64,000 nt of DNA, from NCBI RefSeq assembly GCF_009914755.1, contig NC_060937.1, one strand, 5' to 3'. The DNA is from the human T2T-CHM13v2.0 reference genome, Homo sapiens. Below the pieces are notes generated by a model that was not told the origin of the DNA, did not search any database, and worked only from the letters and a program-made list of their open reading frames with translations. Every line of letters begins with the position of its first letter. The stretch's first letter is position 1. Shown one piece after another: positions 13,148 to 28,057 of the stretch. The position numbers were made by a program, and so were the translations under genes.

Positions 13148-14357
13148 ATAAACTTTGGTAGGTCTGCAATATAATGTGTACAATGAGATTTGGCAATAAT
13201 ACTAATATCTGTGGCTCTTAGACTAGCAAACTTGCCTAGGGATGCACACATGTGTACTGGTTGAGAAATACCAGCTGGTTGCATGCCAGGAGGTCTCACA
13301 AGCTGGCCTCCCTTGATGAATGACCCTTAATTCAGGGTCTGGCTCTTTGCCTGCAGGCTCTGAAATCTAACTTTGTCAGCATCTGTAGTATGGCCTCATC
13401 TCTTACAGACTCAAGTTTGTTAAATGCAGGAGGCTGTTTTCTGCAGTCAGGATGACCACTTCTTATTTCCCTAGTTATTGCTAGCACACAAACCAGACTA
13501 CATGTTCAACATCACCAGTGCATTTGTTCCATGAGTAAGGCTATAATCGGTACTTAGAATCAGAAAATTAGTTTTTAGTCATGGTATCAGTGGCATCCAG
13601 CTAATATATCTTCATTTATTTCCACAACTGCGTCAGCTACAACCATAGGACCTGAATGATTTAAGTCTATTGGCTAAGAATGCTTCCAAGGAAGTATTTG
13701 AGTGGACAATGCCATCGGCTTCTCTAACATTCCTTTCCCTTTTTCTAATGGCATTTTTACCAATTGTGGTTATCCCTCCATCCTGACAGACTTTCATTGT
13801 TTAGCTACATTGACACATTAGGCCAGATTGAGCCTGTGGCTCCTCCAGCTTCTTTAAGGTGACTTGCCATTTTATGTGATCCCAGTTGTATGAGAAGAAA
13901 CTCATATATGACTTAATCCTAAAATCTTTGGCATTCCTTAGTGTTATCTTAATATAATGAAAAAAAATCATGCACACATAATTCTTTATACTTAACACAA
14001 TAATTTTATTTCTTCATGTTTTAAATCATAATGATAACTGAGCTTCTTGGTCCAGAATAGTAAGTAGCTATTTTCCCATTATATAAATGAGCCAGTAGAG
14101 ACATTAGGATAAAGATAGAAATTGAAGTTTTTGCTTCCAAGTCCAATAGTCAAAGCAAAAAATTCTGGCCAAAATATTTGGGCTTAGGGATGCCTTTGGC
14201 TAGTTTCACTCATTAAACGTGATTACAGCCAAGTTCCTTCCCAATTTAGTGAGATTATACGTATTTGGAATATTTGTATCCATGATTAGCCTGACTTCTT
14301 CAAAAACATTTATTTATCTTTAAATTGCTGTTGATAGGGACAAGAAACAGCAAATGA

Positions 14358-14738
<381 letters not shown>

Positions 14739-15226
14739 CTACTCAATTTTTTTTTTCTCATCCATAGTGAAATCTTAATCTTCAAATATCATGAACCTAG
14801 TTTTTCCACACAGGCCAGCCCATCTTTGCCTTTTCCTCTCACGCTTTCAACTAATGTAAACAATTAGTCTGGCTATGGTCTAGTTTAAGGAAGTAATTTG
14901 AACACGAATCCTCCAAAGTGGCTACATTTGTTCTTTCTACTGTCACATATAAGAGTGATGAAGTGCATTGATTTTAAAAGCTGGTGAAATTTGGGGGCAT
15001 AGTTCCATGTCAGTAAAAAAAAATCCATGACTAAGTAGATTAAAATTATGAATAAGAAAAATAGCAACACGTATTTAAATCTACTTCCTATGCCTCATTG
15101 CTCATTAATCAGTGAAATTATCAGTAGATATTTATAAGTGAGGTATCTTATATTGGTTACTTAATGTATAACAACCTAGAGCATATATATACAGAAAATC
15201 CAAAACAGTTTAAAAGTTTCTTCTCA

Positions 15227-15472
15227 TCTGAGGTCAGGAGTTCGAGACCAGCCTGGCCAACATGGCGAAACCACATCTCTACTAAAAATACAAAAATTAT
15301 CCAGGCATGGTGGTGGGTGCCTGTAATCCCAGCTACTCAGGAGGCTGAGGCAGGAGAATCGCTTGAACCCAGGGGCAGAGTTTACAGTGAGTTGAGATCG
15401 CACCACTTCACTCCCGCCTGGACGAAACAGCGAGAGTCTGTCTCACCAAAAAAAAAAAAAGAAAAAAAAGAA
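15227..15472 (+). mobile_element. 5'-truncated AluS
   Basis: Starts at tctgaggtcaggagttcgagacc and ends in an A tail. Confidence 0.92.
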
Positions 15473-15504
15473 CCCCTGGGAAGTTTGTGTATACATTATG
15501 CTGT

Positions 15505-15910
15505 GCTGAAATGGGTAATAAATCCATAAATGGAATATTACTTGGACATAAAGAGAAAGGAAATACTAATACAGGTTACGACATGAATGAAACTTGAAAA
15601 CATTATGTTCTGAAAGAAGCCAGTCACAAAATACCACATATATGATTCTATTCATATAAAAATTCAGAACAGGAAATCTATAGAGACAGAAAAGTTAGTG
15701 TTTTCTTGGGGATGGAGGTGGGTGGGAGTGGGAGCACAGGGTGGTGATAGATGAAAAGTACAGGGTTTCTTTTTGAGGCAATGAAAATGTAAAATGGACT
15801 GTGGTGATGATTACATATATCTATGAATATACTAAAACCATTGAATTATACACTTTAAGTAGGGAAATTGTATAGTATGTGGATTATATCTCAATGAAGC
15901 TGTTTAAAAA
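15505..15910 (+). mobile_element. L1MB 3'-end fragment
   Basis: tggaatattac...aaacttgaaaacattatg...aagaagccagtcacaaa...atctcaatgaagctgtttaaaaa. Confidence 0.8.
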
Positions 15911-17936
15911 GATGTTTAATCTTTAGATGCTTAAGAATGGCCAGAAAATTCACTACAATTGAGTATAAAACATACTTAGTTTTTAAACATAACATATAAA
16001 ACTTGTTAGAATTGTAGTCACTTGTTTTGCTTTAGAAAAATTATTCCCCATTTATCATCTACAGACTGGAAATCAGGTTATTCCACACCATTGAGTGAAA
16101 TCCCCAAAAAGCTCCTTTTCAGAATTAAAAGAACTCACTTCTCTTTCATTTTGACATGCAAATGTGAGGATTATTTCCTCATCTCATTCTGTCTGTAGTT
16201 AAATAGAATTTTGTCATGACAAACTCCTGTAATAAATTATTTAATGACACCCAATTATTCCCAGGATAAAGATCAACTACCGAATGACTATTACTTATCT
16301 TTAGGAAATAACACAGACATCCCTTATTCTCTGTTCCTAATACTGGGTTAGATTCCCCTCCTAGATTCTCCCCGGGGACACCATAGTTATCACACTTAAT
16401 TGTTATTTCCATAGGATTGAACTTTTAGTTCAATAACTTTTTGTTTTATTATTTTATCCTCAGCAAGTATTACAATGTGTGTCACAAAGTGTATGCTTAA
16501 TCAATGTTAATAAAGGAGGTAATAATTATTTCAAACAGCAATTTACCATGTGGGTGAGTAAAAATATGAAGGCGCTAAATAATCAATATATCATCAATTT
16601 AATAAATTTATTCTATGTGTCAGATGAAAAATGGTGCCTTTTCTGTATTTCTTACTATATTTCTGTCTGAAAGAAAATGAAAATACATACCTAATTTAAA
16701 AAAGTAATCTCTTTTCACATTAATGAATGATGGAGAAAAAAAAAAGTGGTCTGCAAACCCTGACTGTTAAGCACCATCTATACAGAGACTAACACTATGT
16801 TTCTGATCTTACAATGTAAAACATAAGTGAGATTTTTCCTGACTTGACATTGTGAGTTCCTATAGAAAGCATTCTTCATCTTTTTACTTCCATTTTTTGA
16901 CACAGAGTCAAAACTCTGATTTGGGGGAAAAATGGAAAATAATAGAAAGTGAAAGCCGAATTAGAGATCCAGATTATCTCATACATTAAATTACAATTTC
17001 CAACTTTGAGTTTTGTAAAAAGTGGCAACTTCAAATTTTATAAGAGAAGAATTCCAATTGTTTCCATTGATTAAGCAATTTAATTGCTTGCTGTATTTTC
17101 ATCAGAGAATAAAAATATTATGGTATTATATATCATAATGACTTAGCCAAAACTCTAGTCTATATTTTTATGGTTATTTATTAAAAATAATTATCCTTCT
17201 AATGCAAGCCTCACAAATGATTTTAATTAACATGGGAATTTCATGCCACACTCTTTATCATTAAATGGCTATATTTTTGCTGGACACTAAATTGTAATGT
17301 TTAATGGTTTATACACAGTCTCATAAAATTATAATTTCATTATTCTAATATGATTTAGTTTATACTAATGAATTACATTAATTTTTTTTACCCAGGTTAT
17401 TTTCTTTTGTTGTCATTATTCACTGTCAAAGCTAAAGCGGAATACATGATTGGTGGTTTCAATGGTAGCTACTAACAAGCTTCAAATTTAGTGAATATTC
17501 TTTAGAACACAGGGTGTCATGCCATATTTCTGCAATCTCATGCTTTTTCAAACAGCCATTGAATTTCATGAAGTGGCTTGCATTTGAACTTTTTTAATTT
17601 ATTTGTTTATTTCTGGTTTCCAGTCTCATCAGAGCAATTTTTCTCATCTTTATTGCTTCTCCATCTGGTTCAAGAAGTTGTGAGAAATGTAATAGAATTG
17701 AAAAATTACTTGAGTTTTATTTTTTTTCAAACTTCAGAAAAGTCTGGCTACAACTTCAGGGTAACTGGGTTAGTTTTTATCTCATAAAAATAATTTTTCT
17801 TTCGTGTTGTCTCCCCATTTCACTGCTATTAATAACTGCATGTTTGCCAGTCAGCATTCCCCTCATCATTTCCTCTACGTTACATGTGTGATTCTATTCC
17901 TGAAGTTTACTTTTCTTCTGTAAATCTGTATGTATG

Positions 17937-18321
17937 TGATATGGTTTACTTATTTGTCTCCTCCAAATCTTATGTTTAATTGTGATCCCAATGATGGAGC
18001 TGGGGCTTAGTGAGAGGTGTTTGGGTCATTGGGACAGTTCCCTCATGAGTGGCTTGGTGCCCTCCCCATTGTAATGAGTTCACGTGACAGTTGGTTGTTT
18101 AAAAGAGTATAGCAATTCTCTCTTGTGCTCTCTCTCACTATGGGACACACCTGATACCTCTTTGCCTTCTGCCAGGAATAAAAGCTTCTTGTTCAACAGA
18201 AGCTGGTCAGATGCCAGCACCATGCTTGCGCAGCCTGCAGAACCCTGAGCCAAACCTCTTTTCTTTATAAATTACCCAGCCTAAGGTATTCCTTTATAGC
18301 AATGCAAAATGAACTAATATG
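17937..18321 (+). mobile_element. MSTB-like MaLR solo LTR
   Basis: tgatatggttt...cagcctgcagaaccctgagcc...aactaatatg. TSD gtatg on both sides. Confidence 0.88.
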
Positions 18322-18369
18322 GTATGCTACTTAATGTACTTGAAAAAATGGGAAAGACAGTATGATTAT

Positions 18370-19371
18370 ATATAAAACACAAAAGAATACAACCTTTAGA
18401 AAAAAACACATAGAATGAAATCCTCATGATCTAGGCAAAGTGCTCTTCAAATTTTCATACAAAGTAAGATGGAAAAATTGGACTTAAAATCTTAAAATCA
18501 TGCTTTGTTGAAAACTCTGTCAAGAAGATGAAAAGACAAGTTACAGACTGGGAGAAAATATTTGCAAAACACATCCGACAGATGACTGGTATCTCGAATA
18601 TAAAAAGGACACTCAAAAAGTCAACAATAAAAACAAACATACAAACAGTCTAATTAGAAAATGTACAAATGACATGAGCAGACATGTCACCATGATGGCA
18701 TACAGATGGGGAGTAAACACAATAAATGGTGTTTAAAATCATTATCCATTAGGAAAATCCAAATTAATATCACAATGAGATATTGTTACATAGAAATCAG
18801 AACAAGTAAAATACAAATTGTTACCCACATAAAATGCTAGCAAAAAAAGAGAAACAGAATCACTCATATATTGTTGGCGAGTGTGTAAAAGGTACAGTAC
18901 ACTGACATGTCGTTTATAAAACTAAGTATGCAACTGCCATACTACCTAGCAATTGTAGTTCCGGGCGTCTATCCCAGACAAATAAAAATTATGTTCACAC
19001 CAGAACCTGTACATAAATGTTCATAGCATTTTTATTTGTATTAGCCAAACACTGGGAACAGCCTAGCTATCCTTCCATGGGTGAAGTGCTAAACAAATGT
19101 TGTTATATCCACACCAGGGAATTTAACTGAGCAATAAAAAAGAATCAAAATTTGATAGACATAAACAAACAACTTGAATAAATTTTCAGAGAATTATGCT
19201 GAGTGAAAAGCCCTAACCTTCAAAGGTTACATGCTACATAATTCCATTTATATAACACTGATAATGTTTTGACTTGAAATGACAAAATGATAAAAAATGG
19301 ATAACAAATTAGTGGTTGTCAGGGGTTAGGGATGGGTGTGGGGGTGGAGGAGAGGAAATGGAAGTATTATA
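18370..19371 (+). mobile_element. L1MC (ORF2 3' end and 3'UTR), 5' part; split by Tigger1
   Basis: gactgggagaaaatatttgcaaa...aattatgctgagtgaaaa...aattagtggttgtcaggggttaggg. Confidence 0.85.
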
Positions 19372-21718
19372 CAGGTATACCTTGTTTTACTGCACTTTTC
19401 TCCATTGTGCTTCACAGATATTGCATTGTTTTACAAATGGAACCTGCGAGTCTATGGATGCCATCTTTTTAACAGTATGTGTTCACTTTGTGCCTTTGTG
19501 TCACATTTTGGTAATTCCACAATATTGTAAACTTTTTCATTATTATTATATCTGTTACAGTGACCTGTGATCCTTGACATTACTATTGTCATTGTTTGGG
19601 GGCAACACAAACTGTGCCCATTTAAGATGGTCAACTGAATTCATAAATGTTTTCTGTTCTGACAGTTCCACCGACTGAATATTACCCATCTCTCTTCCTT
19701 TCCTTTGGCCTCCCTATGCCCTGGACACAACTATATTGAAAATAGGCCAATTAATAAACTTGCAAGGTCTTCTAAGTGTGCAAGTGAAAGAAAGAGCTGC
19801 ATATCTCTCACTTGAAATGAAAAGCTATAGATATAATGAAGTTTAGTGAGGAAAACTTGTTAAAAGTCAAGATAGGGTGAAAGCTAGGCCTCTCACGCCA
19901 AACAGCCAAATTGTGAATGTAAAGACAAAGTTCTTGAAGGAAATTAAAAGTTTGACTCCAGTGAACACACAAATGTTAAAGCAGAACAGCCTTATTGCTA
20001 ATATGAAGAAAGTTTGAGTGGTCTGGATAGAAGATCAAACCAGCCACAATGTACCCTTAAGCCAAAGTCTAATCCAGAGGAAAACCCTAACTCTCTTCAA
20101 TTCTATGATGACTGAGATAGGTGAGGAAGCTGGAAAATAAAAGTTTGGAGCTGGCAGAGATTGTTTCACAAGGTTTAGAAAATAAGCAATCTTCATAACA
20201 TAAAAGTGGACAGTAAAGCAGCAAGTGCTAATGTAGAAGATGCAGTGAAGTGTCCAGAAGACAAAACAGCCTTCTACTCGTCTACTGGAAGAAGATACTG
20301 TCTAGGACTTTCTAGCTAGAGCGGAGAAGTCAATGGTTGGCTTCAAAGCTTCAAAGAATAGGCTGATTCTCTTGTTAGGGTATAATGCAGCTATTGACTG
20401 AAGCCAGTGCTCATTTACCATTCCGAAAATCCTAGGACCCTTAAGAGCTATGCTAAATCTACTCTGCCTATGCTCAATCGATGGTACAACAAAGCTAAGA
20501 TGACAGCACATCTGTTTACTGCACGGTTTACTGAATATTTTAAGCCCACTGTTGAGAACTGCTGCTCAGAACAAGAGTTTTCTTTCATTTTTTAAAATAC
20601 TACTGTTCATTTACAGTGGGCCTGGTCACCTAAGAACTCTGATGGAGAGATACGAAGAGATGTTTCTATGTGGGCTAACACTGCATCCATTCTACAGCCC
20701 ATGGATCAAGGACAATTTTTGACTTTCTAGTCATACTATTTAAAAAATACATTTTGTTAGGCTGTAGCTGCCATAGATAGTGATTCCTCTGATGGATCTG
20801 GGTGAAGTATGTTGAAATATTTCTGGAAAGAATTTACCATTGTAGATATCATTAATAACACTTGTGATTCATGAGGAGAGGTCAAAGTATCAACATGAAC
20901 CAGTTTTTGGACACAGCTGATTCCAGCTTTCATGGATGACTTTGAAAGTTTTAATATTTTAGTGGAGGAAGTCACTGAAGATGGGGTAGAAATAGCAAAA
21001 GAATTAGAATTGGAAGTGGAGCCTGAAGATATAATTGAATTGCTGTAATCTCATGATAAAACTAATACAGATGAGGAATTACTTCTGACGGATGAGGAAA
21101 GATGTGACTTTTTTTTTTTTTTAGACAGAATCTACTCCTGGTGAAGTTGCTGTGAGGATTGTTAAAATAACTACAAAGGATTTAGATGATTATTTAAACT
21201 TAGTTGCTGAAGCTGCGTAGGTTTTTGAAATGACTGATTCCAATTGTGAAAGAAGTTCTATGAGTAAAATGCTATCAAACAGCATCAGATGCTACAAAGA
21301 AAACTTTTTTGTGAAAGGAAGAGTCAATGAATGCACCGAACTTCAATGTTGTATTATGTGAAAAAATTGCCACAGCAACCCCAAAAGTCAGCCACAACCA
21401 CTCTGATAAATCAGCAGCCATCAACATAGAGACAAGGCCCTTCACCAGCAAAACGATCACAGCTCACTGAAGGTTCAGGTTATTGTTTGAAATTTTTAGC
21501 AACAAATCCTTTTTAGTTAAGATATGTGCATTGCTTTTGATATGTACATTGCTTTTCAGAAACAGTGCTATCACATACTTAATGGACTACAGTATAGTAT
21601 AAATGTAACTTTTATATGCACTGGGAAATGAAAAAGTTTGTGAAACTTGCTTTATTGTGATATTTGCTTTATTGCAGTGGTCTGGAACTGAACCTACAAT
21701 ATTTCTGAGGTATTCCTG
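19372..21718 (+). mobile_element. Near-full-length Tigger1 DNA transposon (pogo family) with decayed transposase
   Basis: Ends caggtatacctt.../...gaggtattcctg, TA TSDs at 19370-71 and 21719-20, 2347 bp. Transposase remnants include [21 protein letters not shown]...HLFT in ORF 20407-20595. Confidence 0.95.
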
Positions 21719-22045
21719 TAAAAGAACAATTCCAGGATTCTTGTGGTGACGGAAATTTTCTGTATTTTGTCTATGGTTGTGGATACACAGACCTGTATGT
21801 GTGGTAAAACTGTATAGAACTAAACACAAATACACACACGCACACACACACACACAAGTAAGTACATGTAAATCTTTGGAAATCAGCGTAAGATCAGTGG
21901 ATAATGAAACACATGTCAAAATCCTGCAATATTTGCATTACAGTTTGAAAGATGTTTCCATTGGGGGAAAATGGGTAGATGGTACATGAGATATGCTTGC
22001 GTTATTTCTTACAATTGAATATGAATCTATGATAATCTAAAAAAC
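21719..22045 (+). mobile_element. L1MC 3'UTR, 3' part
   Basis: Continues the element from 19371: aaaagaacaattccaggattcttgtggtga...ccattgggggaaaatgggta. Confidence 0.82.
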
Positions 22046-22805
22046 CTTTTTTTCTAATTTCATATTTGGTACTTCTAACTTTAGAAAGATGACTTAGTAT
22101 AGTTTCATGTTTTTGAGATACATAAGACATTTTCATCCAGAAATTTCAAATATCAGCAACTGAGGTCTAAAGAGATGAAGGGCCTGACTTGCAGTCACTC
22201 CACAGCACCTATGAAAAAAAATATCAGTTTCCTGCCTTCCCCCAAAGTACAGGGCATTTTGCATTCTGAATGCCAAGACAGCACAGTGAGTTGTCTGCTG
22301 GGTGTGATTAAACCTCTCAAAGTACATTGGTGCCCTGAAAGCATGTCAATGTGGATCACACTTCGTTTCCAGAGAGGTAACGTGGCTCTTTATGTGCAGC
22401 CTCAGGAAAAGGTTTTCTTAAAAAAAAAAAAAAAAAAAAAAAAAAGAAATTTGGTAAAAAAATTTGATTAGATCTAAAGGAAATCATAAAATAAGTCGAT
22501 TAGAATTAATTAAAATCCTTTATTAAAATTATTTAAAGTAATAAAATTTTGGTACAATTCTTACTCAAGCATGGAAAAACAATGTTTGCAAATGTTAGAG
22601 AAAAGAACAATACTAACTCGCAAGGAGCTGAAAGAAGTTTAGAATGGCTGAAGTATAGTGTGTGAGAGAATGAAGCTGAGAAGCGATGCTGGTACCAGAA
22701 ACCCAGCCCTGCAAGATTGTAAACGAAAGAGACAAATGAGCTTATTTGCCTTTCAGACACACCTTGTTGTCTATCAGGCATTTCTCATCACTTAAAAACC
22801 TTGTG

Positions 22806-23107
22806 GGCTGGGTGCGGTGGCTCAGACCTGTAATCCCAGCACTTTGGGAGGCTGAGGCGGGCAGATCACGAGGTCAGGAGTTCAAGACCAGCCTGGCTAA
22901 CATGGTGAAATCCCCTCTCTACTAAAAATACAAAAATTAGCCAGATGTGTGGCAAGCTCCTGTAATCCCAGCTACTCAGGAGGCTAAGGCAGGAGAATTG
23001 CTTGAACCCAGGAGACAGAGGTTGCAGTGAGCTGAGATTGTGCCACTAGACTCCAGCCTGGGCAACAGAGAGAGACTCTGTCTCAAAAGACAAACAAAGA
23101 AACAAAC
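22806..23107 (+). mobile_element. AluSg-like
   Basis: Full Alu with TSD aaaaccttgtg. Confidence 0.93.
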
Positions 23108-23472
23108 AAAACCTTGTGTTTTCTCCAATAAGTAGCTCTTCTATCATGGTTTTAAAAATAGCATGCGATAATATTTCACTAGGTAAAATAACTAGTCAAG
23201 GAATTTATTTAAATAGATTCAAATGGCTCCACTATATTTAATTATTTTAGAAAAGGTTTCCGTGATACACTGTTAGATAAAAACATTTGCTAAGTTATAG
23301 GTATAGTGTGATGAAATTCTTGATAAAAATGATAACAAAACCATAACCTATATAGCTGCATGTATATTTATATATTAATACATTTGCAAAGGCAAAGGAA
23401 AAACAGGGAAAAACAGCAAATTATTACCAGTGAGTCCATTAGGAGATTAGGAATCAAGGAGAGACTGCAAAC

Positions 23473-23478
23473 TTTAAT
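23473..23478 (-). terminator. Candidate distal poly(A) signal ATTAAA ending a ~4.8-kb 3'UTR
   Basis: tttaat on the plus strand. The position fits my recollection of the long annotated TRPC4 3' end, but the hexamer alone is weak evidence. Confidence 0.35.
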
Positions 23479-23586
23479 AGAGCTACACAAAACTTTTTTG
23501 AGCAATTAAAGATAGAATTTTCTACCTTTGCAATTCAGATGATGGAGATACATGAGCTGACTGAAACAAATACAAATGTTCCTGAG

Positions 23587-23910
23587 CAGCACTGTCCAAT
23601 AGAAATGTATTGCAAGGCACAAATGCAAGCCACATACGTATTTTTCAGTTTTCTAGTAGCCACATTGTAAAAGGAAAAAGAAACATCAAACTCATTTACT
23701 TAGTATATTTTAAATCAATACTTCATAAATACTATCAGTTCAATATGTAGCCAACATAAAATATTTATGAGCTAGTTTACATTATTTTCATACTGTCCTA
23801 GAAATCTGGTGTGTGTTTCACACTTACAGCACATCTTAATTCAGACTTGTCACACTTACAAGTGATTAATAGCCGTATGAGTATAGGAGCTACGTTACTG
23901 AACAGTGCAG
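23587..23910. mobile_element. MER33 (hAT-Charlie)
   Basis: cagcactgtccaatagaaat...cacttacagcacatcttaattcagac...tgaacagtgcag. Confidence 0.85.
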
Positions 23911-26639
23911 CTCTAGAGGAAATTAACGGTTTTGCTACTGGTGAATTTGACTTGCAGAGACGTCTTCACTGTCAGCCTAGTAACGGTGTGACTGTATCCA
24001 GGCTTGGTCCCATTGTCCCAATCTTAGTTCAACTGTACATTGTCCATCTCTAATGTTTTTCAGTTGAGAAGCTTTGATATAATTTAATACATTTTATTAT
24101 TACCAGTATGCATACAGGTTATCATAAAATCTACACTTCCAGTGAAAATGAACAGTGTATTTTCTGAAAACAGTAAGAAACCAGCTTTTTAAAAATTCTC
24201 TTAACACAACTTTGTAGAAAAACAAAAGATAATATGGTATTAATTCTGAATTTTAACTTGAATGTTTGGACAACTATATTTTCTACAAGGGCAAAGAAGA
24301 CAAAATGTTCCCCAAATAAAAAGTCAGTGGTCAAGGCATTTATAATGTGATGCCTCATCCAAATATCTAGATGAGGAGGTTTTTGTTTAAGCCCCAACTT
24401 GACCACCAAACACATGGGTAAATTTAGATAATTTCCATAAATTCCCTGGGCTTTACTTTCCCCAGTTATCTACAGTGAACTTATTTAACATGATTCTAAA
24501 ATTCAAATTAAAAAAGGCATGTGATAACACTGTATAAATAAAATGTCTTTTCAGACATTGTAAAATCAGAATAATGGTTTTGAAGTTAAGAGGAATGCCA
24601 GTAATATTAAATTTCTAAATTCTATGGTTAGTTTTAAGTCAGAATTTCAGATAATACAAAGAAAGAAAAATATATTGTAAGCATATTTACAGGGCCACAA
24701 TGGATGGTTCTTACTAGGTTGAGTTTTAAGGACACTGAGCATGGAAGGCAGCTGTATACACCATAGAAGACAGCTAAAAATACAATGCATGAGGACTAAG
24801 AATGGACAGATTTCAAAACTTGGTGGCCTCTCTTCAATAAAGAGCTGTGAGACTGGATAGTCATTTACTCAGCTAAATCCCAGAGTTATTAAGGATTATT
24901 GAATGTTAGAAGAATATATTCTTATGCTATTGTTACTTATGTTTCCTCCACCTTTGCTAGAAAATTGACTTTGCTTCTTTGAGAACAGCATGGTGAGTCT
25001 ACTATCCTTGACTTTTCATCAATTTGTTTCATCACTAAAGTATTTCAAGTTGCTGTCTACGTCAAGGCAAGAAAGTGAGTATGTTTTTGCATTAGTTTAA
25101 TTGCCATCCAGTAAATAGAGTAACTAATTTAAGAAAATTTGATATACAAATATTCAATTCATGAAACAGATACATTTTGAGGATGTTTAGCACTTTGAAA
25201 AATTACTCATGATTTTATAAAATAATTCACCCCATTTTAAAAAATATAGCCAATTTCCTTACTGAAGTTAATATAGATTTATTTGCACAGAAATTTTAAG
25301 GAAAACCTTTATTACGAATAATGAGGTACATCTTTATAGCATACTTTCTTATAAATGGGACTTCCAAAATACAATTGTGATAAACAAAGTGTTTTAAACT
25401 TACCTGCTAGTCTATTAAACTGAATTTTCAACACACTCCTTCACCTAACTCAGACACAAAATTTAAGAAAAACAGATTTTTTAAGATTAAGAGAGTACGA
25501 AAAATGAGAAACATTATTTATGTAAATGAAGGTAATTTCAAAGTTCTCTGTAGCATTTAGAAATTTCTGTGGATAGAAATATGAATAGAAACGAACACCC
25601 TGAAGTACGCACTTACAAACCTCAAAGAAACAGTATTTCTTTGCTTGCTATCCTGCTGTTGTTTGACTTTTCTTATTTTATCCCTACTCCTCATCTTCAT
25701 TAATGCTACATAATGTCACTACGTATTTAGAATAGCATTCAATTCTAGTGATATTAGTAACATCGGGTACTAATAATATCCAGCACTTTGTTCATACTCA
25801 TAAACACATCTGTCAGCAACATCTGGGGGTTGTTAGAATCATCCTTTCTAGGGCACTGAAAAGGAGGGTCTTACTTGCTCCAAATACATTCCTCTATTAC
25901 CATCATGTCCCCCTATAAAATGTCAGCACCTTAACCCCTGATATAAATAAGCTACTGGGGGAAAAAAGGTTTTGTTGCTTGTACTGTTATTGGTGTTGCT
26001 TGACGGAACAGAGAGAATTTGAAATTAAATTCTGGTAAAGTATGTAAAATGGTTATGTATAGTGTCCTTACTTTGGGAAAAAACAAAATAAAACAACAAC
26101 GCACAAGAGAGGCAAAAAGAAATTAATAGAAAATATCCCAAATATTAACAATAGGCCTACAATTTCTCTACTACTGTAGGTATGATTTAGAAAAAAATGA
26201 GTATTTCAGTAGCCCCAGGATTTGCTCTGAGTCCTAATATACTTGAGATAAAGGTGTTCTTGAAACAGTAAATGCATTCATTTAGGCTTGTGTTTCTCCA
26301 AATCTATCTGGCCCATTCCTAAATTCCCAAAAACCAGGTTTAGGAGTGAACAGGGGCTTAGTGCTCCTGGCTTTTCTGAAAATTAAAATCTAGTATTTCA
26401 AATTGAGTTCTGAGATCACATAATAAATATGTTTTTAAAATCTACTAACTTTAATGTAATTTAGTCTAAAGAATCAAATACAGCACATTTTATATTTTGC
26501 ACACTTCTCTTGCTTTAGAAGAAGGGACTCTTATGAAGCATACCAAACTCATTCTCTCTCAAGGTATAGGACTTCAGAAGTGGCAATTGTAACCCCTGTA
26601 TATGCATGTTTTATAACTTGCTCTTTTTATGTTCTGAAA

Positions 26640-26850
26640 GGCAGTTACAATGCAGTGGTGAAGGGAATGGCTCTGATGGACACATCACAGCTCCATCATG
26701 AGCTGTATTACCTTAGCCAGTTAGTGCTGGTCTCAGTTTCATCATATGTGAAATGGGGATAAAAACAGGAGCTACTTCAGAGGGCTGTAAAGAGCAGTAC
26801 ATAAATGTTAACAGGTGTATAGGAATAGAACAGAGGCTGGCATTGTTATT
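26640..26850. mobile_element. MIR SINE
   Basis: tctcagtttcatcatatgtgaaatggggataaaaacag core. Confidence 0.7.
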
Positions 26851-28057
26851 GCTGTTATTCCTTATTTTTGATGTTTGGTAATGAGAAACTGAGTGCCATA
26901 ACATTATTCAGTTTGGGGCCAATGATAAATCACATGCAATTTCTGAGGTTCGCAGAGTAATTTTTGAAATAAAATGAACTTAGCATTTTTCTATTGATTT
27001 GAAATAAATGCTAATTTTATGTGGTGAAGAAACTTCCCGTAGTGGCTTAAATAGACACAAGCAATGTAAAATTTAAGCTTTAAGTTTCTAGTATCAATTT
27101 TATGTAAGTTGCGAACACTTTCCTTGTAATAGTTCAGTGAATTGTTATAAGCTAAATTACCTTGCAAACAATAGAAAGAAAAACAAGAAATAAGAATGTT
27201 TTTCCTATAGGCAAAACTATATATCTATATCTGCTGATAAAATTAATAATGATTTTTGAGTGATTTAATTTTAAAGAAATATATAAAGATTACTGGTGAA
27301 AAGAGGAGACTGCTAGTTTTTTTGTACTTCTTTTGAATTGATTACAATATTGCGTTGATTGAAAATACTGGAATTCAACTTTACTTAGATTTAGATTGTT
27401 AGAATAAATTCATTTTCATTTGGATATTATTAGTATGTAATCATCTTGCTTGTTTAAGATACTTACAATATTATGGTTTATTATGTTTTTATAACAGAAA
27501 TCTTGCCATATTTTTGAAATTCAGTTATTCATAAAGACTCATATTTATACTGATAAGCAGTTGAATCTGAAATAGGTAATTAAAAAAACTGGAGGGGCGA
27601 GTTTTTTTCCTGACAAAATGTCGTTAAAAATCATCAGTCATCAAAATGTATTAAGACAAACACTTCTTTTACTTACTGAAAGGAAACCCTGGAACAACCT
27701 AAAACACTACAAAGTTTTTCTGAATTTGAGGGAGTTTAGATATGACTCCATGAGAAGAAGACTTGTTTGCTTTGTGTACAATAATTATTTACATGTCGTT
27801 AAGAAATAATTTGGTAATATTTGTGTTTTAAAGCCAAACTGTAGGACTAGGTGAAAAGTCCTTGGTGAGTAACCCTCTCTAAAGACCCTAAAAAATTATG
27901 AAAAGCTATAATATTTCAGCCACATTGGTTTTTGAATATAAAAATATCTATTTTAGGAGTCAACTACCACATGAAATAAATTGCATTTGTTTTAATTGAA
28001 AAAGATAGCTAAAATGTTTCTGTGGGTTATTGCAACAGTACAAGAATACAAGGTGCA

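Noticed and set aside
13684-13693. STAT6-type TTCN4GAA sites (also ~38574, ~52803, ~58107), tempting given IL-13 induction of POSTN
   Set aside because: A motif with six fixed bases occurs many times by chance, and no clustering is seen.
22420-22445. Isolated poly(A) runs (also 57296-57319) as possible retrocopy tails
   Set aside because: No TSD or upstream retroposed body is recognisable.
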